Shown here piece after piece: positions 55,732-64,000 of a stretch of 64,000 bases of DNA. Within the stretch, counting starts at the first letter, position 1, and every line of letters begins with the position of its first letter. The notes below the pieces were generated by a model, which saw only the letters and a program-made list of their open reading frames with translations, ran no database searches and was not told where the DNA came from. A program made the position numbers and the translations under genes. Source of the DNA: an uncultured bacterium (lineage in GTDB: Bacteria > Patescibacteriota > Patescibacteriia > Patescibacteriales > UBA12465); NCBI GenBank assembly GCA_938003925.1, contig CALKWQ010000023.1:18885-82884 (forward strand). The letters run 5' to 3'.

Positions 55732-56421
55732 ATGAAAAAAATTGAAAAATTAAAATGGGACTTTTTTTGCGAACTAGATAAAGTTTCTAAGGAACATGAA
55801 AATAGAGCATTTAAAATCGGGCTATATAACAATCTGGATGATCCAAAAGATTTTAAATGTGATCTGATTGATAATTTGCATAGAAATGGTGCAATAGAAA
55901 TATTAGACGAATATTTTGGAAACGCTACACACAAGGGGAAGCCAGTAAACATTGCTAAAGGAGCTAATCTAAGAATGTTTGGCTATAAGCCGATTGAAAT
56001 GACTGTGAGGTTGAAATATGGACAGTTCAAAAGATTCTATGACGACCAACAGGACATAATTAAAACCAACGGGAAAACATTGGTGTCCTGTAAATATAAT
56101 GGCGACAAAGGCTCTGTACTAAACATAAGCGATACACATTTAAGGTTCAAGGGGAGAACGTCTATGATTTTGTATTATTTATATCAGGCAAGAAAAGCAG
56201 ACAATCTACAAACATACATCACATATAATGACTTTATAAAAACAGAACACCCTAACGATAAACACTATGTCGGCTCAATATTATTTGGGCAGGCAGTAGA
56301 AGATATAAATAAACGAGTAAAAAAAGAAGACGGTAACTATATAAATTCTGTTGTTGATATAATCCAAAACGGCAACCAATGTAATACATACAAATGGAAC
56401 CCTAAGATATTAAAAAAATAA
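55732..56421 (+). CDS. Hypothetical protein
   Basis: 229-aa ORF followed by a hairpin terminator (56451-56478). No motif. Confidence 0.35.
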   Translation: MKKIEKLKWDFFCELDKVSKEHENRAFKIGLYNNLDDPKDFKCDLIDNLHRNGAIEILDEYFGNATHKGKPVNIAKGANLRMFGYKPIEMTVRLKYGQFKRFYDDQQDIIKTNGKTLVSCKYNGDKGSVLNISDTHLRFKGRTSMILYYLYQARKADNLQTYITYNDFIKTEHPNDKHYVGSILFGQAVEDINKRVKKEDGNYINSVVDIIQNGNQCNTYKWNPKILKK

Positions 56422-56823
56422 CCAACTGGGTAGATGTTAATAAATCCCAACAAACTAGCTAAAAAGGCTAGTTTTTTGTTATTAAACATCTAGTTTATCA
56501 AAATATATAAAAGAGCGATAATATACTCACAGTCGTGCCCATAGCTACACGAGCGAAACAGAGCGACTATAAATAATTTGTGTGGAAACGTGAACAAGCG
56601 GATACCTGATCGACGTGGTTGCGATAACCATATTCATAACCCAGTATTTTTAAAACATTTCATTCTATCTCCTACTATATCTTCTTATAAATCTTCCACT
56701 ATAAGGATAAGGTCAAGGGTAAGGAAAACGATAGACTAGTAACCACAGAGACAGGACAACGCATTGGCAATTGGGGTTTAGTATGACAAAGGTATTACAA
56801 ATTTAAAATAATATAACAAAACT

Positions 56824-56988
56824 ATGCATGATAAACATTATCCGCTTGTTTCATACCGGCTGAGCGAAAAAACTATAAATAAAATTAAAATGCTCCACAA
56901 AGAAACTGGACTCACTTATAATCTACTTTTTGTGGAAATAATAAAAAGATACATAAGAAAAATAGCTCGTGATACCAAGAAATTGTAA
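56824..56988 (+). CDS. Possible small ribbon-helix-helix-like protein (54 aa, below the ORF-track cutoff)
   Basis: Hand translation gives MHDKHYPLVSYRLSEKTINKIKMLHKETGLTYNLLFVEIIKRYIRKIARDTKKL. The strand-helix-helix pattern (VSYRLSEKT / INKIKML / TYNLLFVEIIKRY) resembles CopG/Arc-type proteins. Confidence 0.3.
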   Translation: MHDKHYPLVSYRLSEKTINKIKMLHKETGLTYNLLFVEIIKRYIRKIARDTKKL

Positions 56989-57303
56989 TACAAAATTATA
57001 TCTACTGAACTCGGATTTACTCGGATTTTAAAAAAATTCCAAAAGACAAAAAATGGTCAAATATACTCATTGTTATTAGTAAAAAATGCCCATTTTTACT
57101 GCTTAATAACAGTTATCAACTTCAATAATGTATTACTGATAATTTAAAAAATAGAGTTCAAAATCCGAATACAGAAAAATATACAAAGTTACCCCTAACT
57201 TATCCCCTAAATAAACTGGATAATATACCTAAAAAGTAATAGAGTGGTGTTGTCCAAATGTGTCTTAGTGGGGCACATTCCGCACCGCTCTTTAACAAAT
57301 TAA

Positions 57304-57513
57304 ATGCAACTAGGTTCAAGCGAACACAACCAAATATCAAGCCTTATCACGCCTAAAGATTTAGCAGTTTTGTTGAAGGTTTCTAATACAACTATTTACC
57401 GGATAATAGAGGGTCGTAAGATATCGTTTTATAAAATAAACGGAAGTATTAGATTTAGACAGGCAGATGTTGAGGCTTACATGAAAGTAAACCGCTTTGA
57501 ACCGCTAAAGTAA
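57304..57513 (+). CDS. Excisionase-family HTH DNA-binding protein (Xis-like)
   Basis: ITPKDLAVLLKVSNTTIYRIIEGRKISFYKINGSIRFRQADVEAY. The gene ends 4 nt before the integrase start. Confidence 0.65.
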   Translation: MQLGSSEHNQISSLITPKDLAVLLKVSNTTIYRIIEGRKISFYKINGSIRFRQADVEAYMKVNRFEPLK

Positions 57514-57517
57514 CTTT

Positions 57518-58657
57518 ATGAGTATATTTAAGCGTGGAAATAAATATTGGATAAGTATCAGGCATAATAAGCAAAGATATAGACTATCCAGCCCCGCCAA
57601 CACTTTGACAGGAGCTAAAGCCTATGAAGCCTCCTTAAGGGGGAAATTAGCCCTAGGACAGCCAATTATAGACGAGCAAAAAGAATCCATAAACTTCACC
57701 CAATTTGCCGATAAGTGGTTTAGCACTTACGTAATAACTAATAATAAACCGTCGGAACAGTTAAACAAGAAGATGGCTATAAAGAACCACTTAAAGCCAT
57801 TCTTCGGAAAAATGGACATTGATAAAATCACTCCCCTAAATATTGAGGAATTTAAGGCTAAGAAACAAGCCGAGGGCAAATGTAATAAAAGTATAAACAA
57901 TTACCTCGGTATGCTAGGCAAATGTTTAAACTGTGCCGAAGAGTGGGGTTTATTAGATAAAGTACCGAGAATAAAACCGTTAAAAATTCCACCTCAAAAA
58001 TTTCGCTTCTTTACTGAAGCAGAATACAACCAGTTACTAGAGGAGGCAAAAAAAATTAACCAAGAATTTTATGAGATGGTTTTATTTACCCTAAGAACAG
58101 GGGTCAGGGTGGGAGAACTTAAAGCCCTTATGTGGGAAGATATAGATTTTAAGAATAAGAAAGTTACCATTAAAAGATCTATAGTAAACGGAATTATCGG
58201 CTCACCAAAGAGCAATAAAATAAGAAAGATACCTCTAACAAACGATACAGTTGAGATGTTAAATGCAAAAAAACGGGTTTCTGCCGACTTCTATATATTT
58301 AATCACGAAAAGAGCCGTTTCTCACTTAATAGGTCGCTAAAACGAGCTTGTAAAAATTTGGGGTTAAAAGTTGGCGGTTGGCACGATTTAAGACACACCT
58401 TTGCCTCAAAACTATCTAACAACGGAGTAGCACTTCAAGTTATTCAGGTATTACTCGGTCACTCTGATTTAAAGATGACTCAACGTTACGCACACTTAGA
58501 ACCACTAACACTAAGCGACGCGATTAAGACACTAGAACCTAAAGAACCACTAGATTCTAATTTTGGACACAATGTGGACACAGTTCCAGAAAGTCCAATC
58601 ATTTCCGAGGTTAAAAATATTCCTATAAACAGTAATTTTGTGCTTACTATAAAATAA
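57518..58657 (+). CDS. int: Tyrosine-type site-specific integrase
   Basis: N-terminal SAM-like domain. Catalytic region LRTGVRVGEL..., HDLRHTFAS, LLGHSDLKMTQRYAHL (R..HxxR..Y). Confidence 0.9.
   Translation: MSIFKRGNKYWISIRHNKQRYRLSSPANTLTGAKAYEASLRGKLALGQPIIDEQKESINFTQFADKWFSTYVITNNKPSEQLNKKMAIKNHLKPFFGKMDIDKITPLNIEEFKAKKQAEGKCNKSINNYLGMLGKCLNCAEEWGLLDKVPRIKPLKIPPQKFRFFTEAEYNQLLEEAKKINQEFYEMVLFTLRTGVRVGELKALMWEDIDFKNKKVTIKRSIVNGIIGSPKSNKIRKIPLTNDTVEMLNAKKRVSADFYIFNHEKSRFSLNRSLKRACKNLGLKVGGWHDLRHTFASKLSNNGVALQVIQVLLGHSDLKMTQRYAHLEPLTLSDAIKTLEPKEPLDSNFGHNVDTVPESPIISEVKNIPINSNFVLTIK
58561..58584 (+). promoter_or_regulatory. Putative integrase arm-type binding site (right arm, inside the int 3' end)
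   Basis: TTTTGGACACAATGTGGACACAGT, 102 nt from the right core repeat, paired with 46482-46505. Confidence 0.5.
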
Positions 58658-58685
58658 AAACAGGTATTAACCTGTTTTTATATAA

Positions 58686-58708
58686 GGGTGGGCGCACAAG
58701 GATTCGAA
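58686..58708. repeat. Proximal att direct repeat (3' end of tRNA-Val)
   Basis: GGGTGGGCGCACAAGGATTCGAA, identical to 46344-46366. Confidence 0.9.
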
Positions 58709-58762
58709 CCCTGGACCCCTTCGGTGTAAACGAAGTGCTCTAACCAGCTGAGCTATGCGCCC
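58689..58762 (-). tRNA. tRNA-Val(UAC)
   Basis: 74 nt. Acceptor GGGCGCA/TGCGCCC, discriminator A, anticodon arm CTTCG-TTTACAC-CGAAG, T-arm CAGGG-TTCGAAT-CCTTG. Confidence 0.9.
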
Positions 58763-58778
58763 TATAATTAAGGGTTAG

Positions 58779-58862
58779 TGGGCGAAAGAGGATTTGAACC
58801 TCCACAGCCTTGCGGCCACAAGCCCCTCAAGCTTGCGTGTCTACCAATTTCACCATTCGCCC
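58779..58862 (-). tRNA. tRNA-Leu(GAG)
   Basis: 84-nt type II tRNA. Acceptor GGGCGAA/TTCGCCC, anticodon arm CAAGC-TTGAGGG-GCTTG, a long variable arm, T-arm GGAGG-TTCAAAT-CCTCT. Confidence 0.85.
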
Positions 58863-58913
58863 TTCAAGAAAGAGGCGTGAAGCCTCTTTGCTTTATTTGC
58901 TAAATTGTTATTA

Positions 58914-59273
58914 TTAACGGATAACTTTTTCAGTCAAGCGCTTCTTGTAACCGCGCTTAAGGAAATATAGTTTTGCCCGACGAACTTCAGCAATCTTTTT
59001 TACCTCAATCTTAGTAATAGTTGGGAGATTTAAGGGGAAAATCTTTTCCACGCCAATACCGTCAGAAACTTTACGCACAGTAATAGTGCCACCAATTTCC
59101 TTATTATGCTTACGGGCGATAATCATGCCTTCAAAATATTGAATGCGCTCTTTTTCTTCGCCTTTAGAATTAAGCTCCTTAATTTTCTGATGAATTCTGA
59201 CCGTCATACCAGGCTTTAAGTCCAGCTCCGCAGTCTTCTTCTCATCCTTAGGGTCATTTTTTTTCTCTGACAT
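58914..59273 (-). CDS. rplS: 50S ribosomal protein bL19
   Basis: PGMTVRIHQKI..ERIQYFEGMIIA..TITVRKVS.GIGVEKIFPL..P.I.KIEV..RRAKLYFLK matches the bL19 pattern. Confidence 0.85.
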   Translation of the reverse strand: MSEKKNDPKDEKKTAELDLKPGMTVRIHQKIKELNSKGEEKERIQYFEGMIIARKHNKEIGGTITVRKVSDGIGVEKIFPLNLPTITKIEVKKIAEVRRAKLYFLKRGYKKRLTEKVIR

Positions 59274-59360
59274 ATTTGTTAGCTAAAAAACCAGAAACGA
59301 GAGTTTTCACTCCTCGCTCGGTCTAAATTACTTAAGTCTTGTCTAATATTATAATCAAAA

Positions 59361-59924
59361 TTAACGGTTGTCAAGGTGGGGGAGCACAAAGGCGTAAACC
59401 TGATCAAAGACCTGATCAGGACTTAAGTTGGTAGTATTTAAATAAAAATCATAATTTTCTGGATGATACACATCAATACCATAATACTTCTGATAACGCA
59501 AGTTGTCACTCAATAAGCGTCTAGCCAAACTAGCCTTAACCGCTTGCACGCTATTCAGGTCGTCGCCTTCATTCCTTTGATTTTTTTGCTGTAAATGGCT
59601 AAAAATACGCCTAGCACCTTCTTCCTCATCTACGTCTAGATAAATTTTTAGGGAATGGGGAATAAAATACCAAGAAGTTCTGCCTTCAATCACAAAATTA
59701 TCCTCATTTTTCCCCAGCTCACGCTGATATTCATCTACTTCACGGTCGGTAGCGGGGTCGTTTTCACCTAATTGATTATACTCAGCCAAAGTCAGACCTT
59801 TTTTGGCGGCAGCCTCTCTCCGCAAGCCGCCAATATAGTAATGCGGCCAACCTAACATCGCTGCCAACCGTTGAGCAATGGTAGATTTACCGGAGCCATG
59901 AGCGCCACTGAAAGAAATAATCAT
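59361..59924 (-). CDS. Archaeal-type cytidylate kinase-like P-loop kinase
   Basis: MIISFSGAHGSGKSTIAQRLA P-loop, GGLRREAA, and a D..VIEGR pattern like the Cytidylate_kin2 family. Start moved to M13 (59924), which removes the overlap with the smc upstream region. Confidence 0.6.
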   Translation of the reverse strand: MIISFSGAHGSGKSTIAQRLAAMLGWPHYYIGGLRREAAAKKGLTLAEYNQLGENDPATDREVDEYQRELGKNEDNFVIEGRTSWYFIPHSLKIYLDVDEEEGARRIFSHLQQKNQRNEGDDLNSVQAVKASLARRLLSDNLRYQKYYGIDVYHPENYDFYLNTTNLSPDQVFDQVYAFVLPHLDNR

Positions 59925-60091
59925 AAAAAATAAAAAGTGTGCCCTCAGCGAGTCAAACACACACTTATCACCTAATAAATTATCATTTTACTTTTACCCC
60001 TAAATTATACTATAATAATACCATATTTAAGATAAGGAGCAAGCTAAAAATATGCTTGCCAGCCAATAATTCCGCGCCAGCGCGCTTTTTT

Positions 60092-63000
60092 ATGTATTTA
60101 GAAAAATTAGAAATCCAAGGCTTTAAATCTTTTGCCAATAAAAACAAACTGGTTTTTTCCAGCACCGTAGATCAAAACGGACGTCGCGGCCTCACCGCCG
60201 TGGTTGGACCTAATGGTTCGGGTAAATCTAATATTGCTGACGCTATCCGCTGGGTTTTAGGCGAGCAGAGTCTTAAAACTCTGCGTGGCAAAAAAAGTGA
60301 AGATGTAATTTTCTCTGGCTCAGATCAAAAAAGTCAACTAAGCATGGCCGAAGTTTCTCTATATCTCAACAATGCAGACCATAAATTAGTACCGGTAATC
60401 AGCGATCCCGTAACTGAAAACGCCCCAGAAACCGACGCTTCTGGACGTTCGCTCTCACCTTTTGATTATGATGAAGTGGTAATCACGCGCCGCTTATTCC
60501 GTAATGGCGATAGCGAGTATTTACTCAACGGCAATCGAGTACGTCTCGCTGATATTCAAATTCTACTCGCTAAAGCTAACGTTGGACAAAAGACATACAG
60601 CGTCATTGGACAGGGCATGGTAGAAAATTTTCTTAACAGCGGCGCAGCTGAACGTAAAGATTTTTTTGATGAAGCTACTGGCGTTAAACAATTTCAAATC
60701 AAGCGTGACATTTCTTTAAATAAGTTAGAAAATAGCTATGAGAATCTCAATCAAGTAGAGATGCTGCTTAATGAAATTCGCCCGCGCTTAAAGATGCTAA
60801 CCAGACAAGTAGATAAATTGAAGAAGCGCGGACAACTGGAAATGGAATTAGCGGGCCATCAACACCATTACTACTTCCATCTCTGGCAAGATATCAACGA
60901 AAAATTCAGCCGCGCTAATCAGGGGTTGATAGCCTTAGAAAAGGAAGAGCGCGAACAAGCCGGACGTTTGGCTAAAATAAATGCGGAGCTAGAACAGATT
61001 AAAAGTAATGATGACAGTCTAACCGTCACTGGATTACAAGATAAAATTCGCCAAGCTCAACATGAACGCACAGAGATTATTAAAGACATTGCCCGTTTAA
61101 ACGCAGAATTAGAACTCCAACTAGAGGCTCAAGGGCAGTTTGATGTAGCCTGGCTAAATAATAAGCAAGAGGAATTGAAAAGCGAACAGCAGCGATTACA
61201 ACAACTTATTCAGAGACTAGATGGACGTACGGCCAGCAACCAGGAAGCCGATTTACGTGCCCGCCTGCAAAGCCTAGGCGAAGAAATTAGTCGTCGTGAA
61301 AGCTTTAAACAACAATATAACCAACAGCAAGAAACTAAAAACCAACTCCTAAAGCAGTTGGCTCGTTTAGATGCTGTACTGGAAGCTAACTTAGAAGCTC
61401 AAGGTCAGTTTGATGTAGCCTGGCTAAACAATAAGCAAGAGGAATTGAATCGGGCATTAGCTAAACTCAATCAAGAAATTACAGATATTAATTTGGAATC
61501 AGCCCGTAGTGCGATTAGCGATTTAGAGGCTAAACGATCCTCTTTAGACAGCTTAATTGCTCGCGGCAACAATGAATTACAACAGATTAACCGAGAATTA
61601 AGAGCTAGCGGCAAACCAGCTGCTGGACGTGAAGAAATTAATCAAAGCATCGATGCCTTCCTGCAACGACTGGACGCTATTAAATTAGAACAGGATTTGA
61701 ATAAAATAAAAGCCCTAATCGAAGAGGCAAAACACGAATTTCAACAACAGATCCGCTCCTTAATTGACGGAGAGAATGCTGCTAAACTGGAAAAGGTCAA
61801 AAATTTACAAGCTGAAATTATTCAACACAGCGAAGCAAGACAAAACTTGATGGCTGAAATTAATGAACTGCGCCTTGACTTGTCTACCCGTCAAGAAAGA
61901 CGACGCCTCCTAGATTTACAGCACGGCCAAGCCCTCAGAGAAATCAAGGATATTAATGACAAGCTGGCTAAGAGCCAAATAAAATTTGATGCAGACAAAA
62001 TCAATCAAGAAAAAATAACTTTAAACAAAGAATTACAATCGTTAGAAATTTTACTGCAACAAACAGCCGCCAAGAGCCAAACCGATCACCTGTTAACGGA
62101 AAGACAGCAGCTGGTTAATGCCCTTAACGAATGTCGCCTACTTATCGCTGCCAATCAGGATCAACTACGGCGCTATCAAGAACAGCAACGACAAAATGAC
62201 AAAGAAATACAGGATATTAAAGATAAACTGGCCAAAAGCCAAATAAAATTTGACGCCGGCAAGTTAGAAGATGATAAAAATAAACTTAATCATCAATTAG
62301 AATTATTGGATAAAAATCTTAACTCCTGGCAAGAGGAACTAACCTTAATTAATGCTAGCAAGGAAGAAGAAAAGAGGCTTTTATTTGCCTATCAAACACA
62401 AAGCCAAAACCTGCAGACTGAAATTAACCGCACTTCCAGCCAATTAAACGAGCTCAAAATTGAAGCTGCCCGTCAAGAAACTCGCTTGGAAGATCTGGAA
62501 AACAATATCCGTGATGACGGCCTAGAGCTAGCAGCCATTAAAAGCTATTCGGCTGATAACGACGAAGTGATAGAAGAAGAGCGTCTACGCAAACGCATTA
62601 ACGAATTAAAAAGCCAACTAGAAATGATTGGCGGCATTGACCCAGAAACAGAAAAAGAATTTACTGAAACCAGCGAGCGCTATCAGTTTTTAGATAAACA
62701 GACGACAGACCTAAACGCTGCTATTCAATCTCTAGAAAAAGTAATCGCCGAGCTAGATAATAATATTAAAGAACGCTTTGAAAAAGAATTTAAAGTTATC
62801 TCGGAAAAATTCAGCGAATATTTTAAAATATTATTTAATGGCGGCAGCGCCCGTGTTTATAAACTAGAAGCAAGCGACAGCGCTGAAGAAACAACTGGCT
62901 CAGACAACAGTAATAATACCGTTGAAGACTACCGCTTTAAAAGACTTAAGCAATTACGCAAGCACAATGCTCTTGGTCTGGCTGGCATAGAAATTCAAGC

Positions 63001-63334
63001 CACGCCGCCAGGTAAAAAAATTCAAACTGTAGCGATGTTGTCCGGCGGCGAACGCGCCCTAACCGCTATCGCCTTAATTTGCGCTATTATAAGCGCTAAT
63101 CCATCGCCATTTGTCATCTTGGACGAAGTAGATGCCGCATTAGATGAGGCTAACTCTGAGCGCCTAGCCCAAATCCTTGATGATTTATCTGCTAAAACTC
63201 AATTTGTAACTATTACTCATAATCGTGCTTCCATGAAAAGGGCTAGTATCATTTACGGCGTCACCATGAAAGCCGATGGCGTTAGCCAACTACTAAGCAT
63301 CCGACTAGACGATATTGGTGCTTTCCGCAACTAA
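60092..63334 (+). CDS. smc: SMC-family chromosome segregation ATPase without a recognisable hinge domain
   Basis: Head motifs are [49 protein letters not shown] and [12 protein letters not shown]. About 730 aa of continuous heptad-like sequence lie between the head halves. Start moved to the ATG at 60092. Confidence 0.85.
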   Translation: MYLEKLEIQGFKSFANKNKLVFSSTVDQNGRRGLTAVVGPNGSGKSNIADAIRWVLGEQSLKTLRGKKSEDVIFSGSDQKSQLSMAEVSLYLNNADHKLVPVISDPVTENAPETDASGRSLSPFDYDEVVITRRLFRNGDSEYLLNGNRVRLADIQILLAKANVGQKTYSVIGQGMVENFLNSGAAERKDFFDEATGVKQFQIKRDISLNKLENSYENLNQVEMLLNEIRPRLKMLTRQVDKLKKRGQLEMELAGHQHHYYFHLWQDINEKFSRANQGLIALEKEEREQAGRLAKINAELEQIKSNDDSLTVTGLQDKIRQAQHERTEIIKDIARLNAELELQLEAQGQFDVAWLNNKQEELKSEQQRLQQLIQRLDGRTASNQEADLRARLQSLGEEISRRESFKQQYNQQQETKNQLLKQLARLDAVLEANLEAQGQFDVAWLNNKQEELNRALAKLNQEITDINLESARSAISDLEAKRSSLDSLIARGNNELQQINRELRASGKPAAGREEINQSIDAFLQRLDAIKLEQDLNKIKALIEEAKHEFQQQIRSLIDGENAAKLEKVKNLQAEIIQHSEARQNLMAEINELRLDLSTRQERRRLLDLQHGQALREIKDINDKLAKSQIKFDADKINQEKITLNKELQSLEILLQQTAAKSQTDHLLTERQQLVNALNECRLLIAANQDQLRRYQEQQRQNDKEIQDIKDKLAKSQIKFDAGKLEDDKNKLNHQLELLDKNLNSWQEELTLINASKEEEKRLLFAYQTQSQNLQTEINRTSSQLNELKIEAARQETRLEDLENNIRDDGLELAAIKSYSADNDEVIEEERLRKRINELKSQLEMIGGIDPETEKEFTETSERYQFLDKQTTDLNAAIQSLEKVIAELDNNIKERFEKEFKVISEKFSEYFKILFNGGSARVYKLEASDSAEETTGSDNSNNTVEDYRFKRLKQLRKHNALGLAGIEIQATPPGKKIQTVAMLSGGERALTAIALICAIISANPSPFVILDEVDAALDEANSERLAQILDDLSAKTQFVTITHNRASMKRASIIYGVTMKADGVSQLLSIRLDDIGAFRN
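61088..61449 (+). repeat. Intragenic duplication in the SMC N-terminal coiled-coil arm (period 270 bp)
   Basis: 61124-61179 and 61394-61449 are near-identical (..CTCAAGGKCAGTTTGATGTAGCCTGGCTAAAYAATAAGCAAGAGGAATTGAA). Protein: [19 protein letters not shown] appears twice. Confidence 0.85.
61941..62264 (+). repeat. Intragenic duplication in the SMC C-terminal coiled-coil arm (period 264 bp)
   Basis: [20 protein letters not shown] (from 61941) and [20 protein letters not shown] (from 62205). At the DNA level both share AGCCAAATAAAATTTGA. Confidence 0.8.
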
Positions 63335-63351
63335 AATATCAAATACGATAA

Positions 63352-63376
63352 AACCGCCAAACTCAAGGCGGTTTTA
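63352..63376 (+). terminator. Intrinsic terminator after smc
   Basis: AACCGCC-AAACTCAA-GGCGGTT plus T-run. Confidence 0.7.
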
Positions 63377-63504
63377 TTAATAAATCCACTTAATTAATTA
63401 AAAATACCTAAAAAATTAAATTTACTTTATCCCTATTTTTCTGTTATAATAACAGTAATCGCCTTAATCTAAAATTGGCGTGTGCATTTTAGTAAATCAT
63501 CTTA

Positions 63505-64000
63505 TGTACAAGAAAATAATTTCTTTAGCTTTATTAGCTATTTTCGTGCTTGGTTCTGGTTTTGGTTGTAAAACAGTAGACAAAGAAACTAAAGCGGCCA
63601 TGGAGCCACTTACTCTCACTTATTGGAGGGTTTTTGACGGTCCCGACGCTTTTCAAGAAATTATTGATAAGTACAAGGTTATTCACCCTAATATTACCAT
63701 CAACTACCGCAAACTGCGCTACGAAGAATACGAGGCTGAATTGCTCAATGCCTTTGCCGAAGATCGCGGTCCTGACATTCTTTCGCTGCACAACACCTGG
63801 CTGCCTAAGTACCAAAATAAACTGACGCCAATGCCAGAAAGCATTACTATGGCCTATCCAGTGGAAAAAGGCTCCATCAAAAAGGAAGTCATACCTGAGC
63901 TAAGGACAGTTAGAAGTCTGAGCTTAAAAGATTTGAGAGATAAATTTGTAGACGCTGTATACAGCGATGTCGTACTAGAAGATGGCAAAATATACGGCCT
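63505..64000 (+). CDS. ABC-transporter extracellular solute-binding lipoprotein (5' partial, runs off the window)
   Basis: Hand translation gives MYKKIISLALLAIFVLGSGFGCKTV.. (lipobox GFGC), then LTLTYWRVFDGPDAFQEIIDKYKVIHPNITINYRKL.YEEYE.ELLNAFAEDRGPDILSLHNTW, typical of family-1 sugar-binding SBPs. The frame is open to 64000, and the gene is absent from the ORF track because it has no stop. Confidence 0.6.

Larger units (their letters stand above)
46344..58708. mobile_element. 12.3-kb integrative genomic (defence) island at the 3' end of tRNA-Val(UAC)
   Basis: Exact 23-nt direct repeats at both ends. A tyrosine integrase and xis-like HTH sit next to the intact tRNA. The interior is AT-rich. 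Cargo is RM-type genes. I recognise no replication or virion genes. Confidence 0.85.

Noticed and set aside
46344-58708. Interpreting the island as a prophage or an integrative conjugative element.
   Set aside because: I recognise no capsid, terminase, tail, relaxase, coupling-protein or replication genes. The size and cargo fit a small integrative defence island.
59939-60091. 51-codon 5' extension of smc. Similar upstream extensions occur at uvrA (14534-14617), the PLD gene (15672-15797), the beta-rich protein (17680-17730) and the CMP-kinase-like gene (59925-59960).
   Set aside because: The extensions overlap neighbouring genes or promoters and precede canonical family N-termini ([21 protein letters not shown] and others). 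Internal ATG starts fit better.
61088-62264. Near-identical DNA repeats, considered as a CRISPR array or intergenic tandem repeat.
   Set aside because: There are only two copies of each of two different units. All are in frame inside the smc coiled-coil region, with no spacer/repeat periodicity typical of CRISPR.
63534-63825. Two ORFs from the track (63534-63815 minus, 63634-63825 plus).
   Set aside because: Both are off-frame or antisense within a longer frame, open from 63505 to the window end, that encodes a lipoprotein solute-binding protein.
1-64000. Alternative genetic code (UGA as Gly, code 25) sometimes seen in CPR lineages.
   Set aside because: Long ORFs close properly under the standard code, and TGA is used as a real stop (for example at 11997-11999 and 41573-41575).

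Overview
AT-rich window (by eye about 40-45% GC in core genes and about 30% in the inserted segments) with small, tightly packed genes. The content suggests a Candidate Phyla Radiation / Patescibacteria (Parcubacteria-like) genome: VanW, a ComEC-type MBL domain, a Lys-rich H1-like protein, class-II GlyRS, ArgRS, a PilB ATPase, an archaeal-type CMP kinase, a TRAX/translin-like protein, SdpR/SdpI, and almost no biosynthesis. The standard code applies, since TGA is used as a stop. The core backbone carries translation, DNA and stress genes (glyQS, argS, tsaD, tsaE, ychF, rpsF-ssb-rpsR, efp, rplS, adk, smc, a uvrA-like gene, peroxiredoxins with a Fur/PerR regulator) and 8 tRNAs. Three AT-rich segments sit immediately 3' of tRNA genes. 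The clearest is a 12.3-kb integrative island at tRNA-Val(UAC), 46344-58708. It has exact 23-nt direct repeats, a tyrosine integrase, two excisionase-type HTH genes and repeated arm-type sites. Its cargo is a BcgI-like fused nuclease-methyltransferase plus S subunit, a translationally coupled GHKL-ATPase / unknown 327-aa protein / beta-class DNA methyltransferase operon, a promoter-to-terminator structured RNA, and a pilin-like domain fused to a polytopic membrane anchor. The GHKL operon is my best candidate for an undescribed restriction-like defence system. Other points worth a second look: a tandem-fused double PilB/GspE ATPase; an SMC with no recognisable hinge and length-matched duplications in both coiled-coil arms; a UvrA lacking the UvrB-binding domain; two further candidate ncRNAs (a 6S-like rod at 1942-2115 and a roughly 360-nt unit at 23785-24143); and a secreted beta-rich protein with an OMP-like C-terminal Phe. 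All functional calls come from motif recognition by eye. No database search was run.
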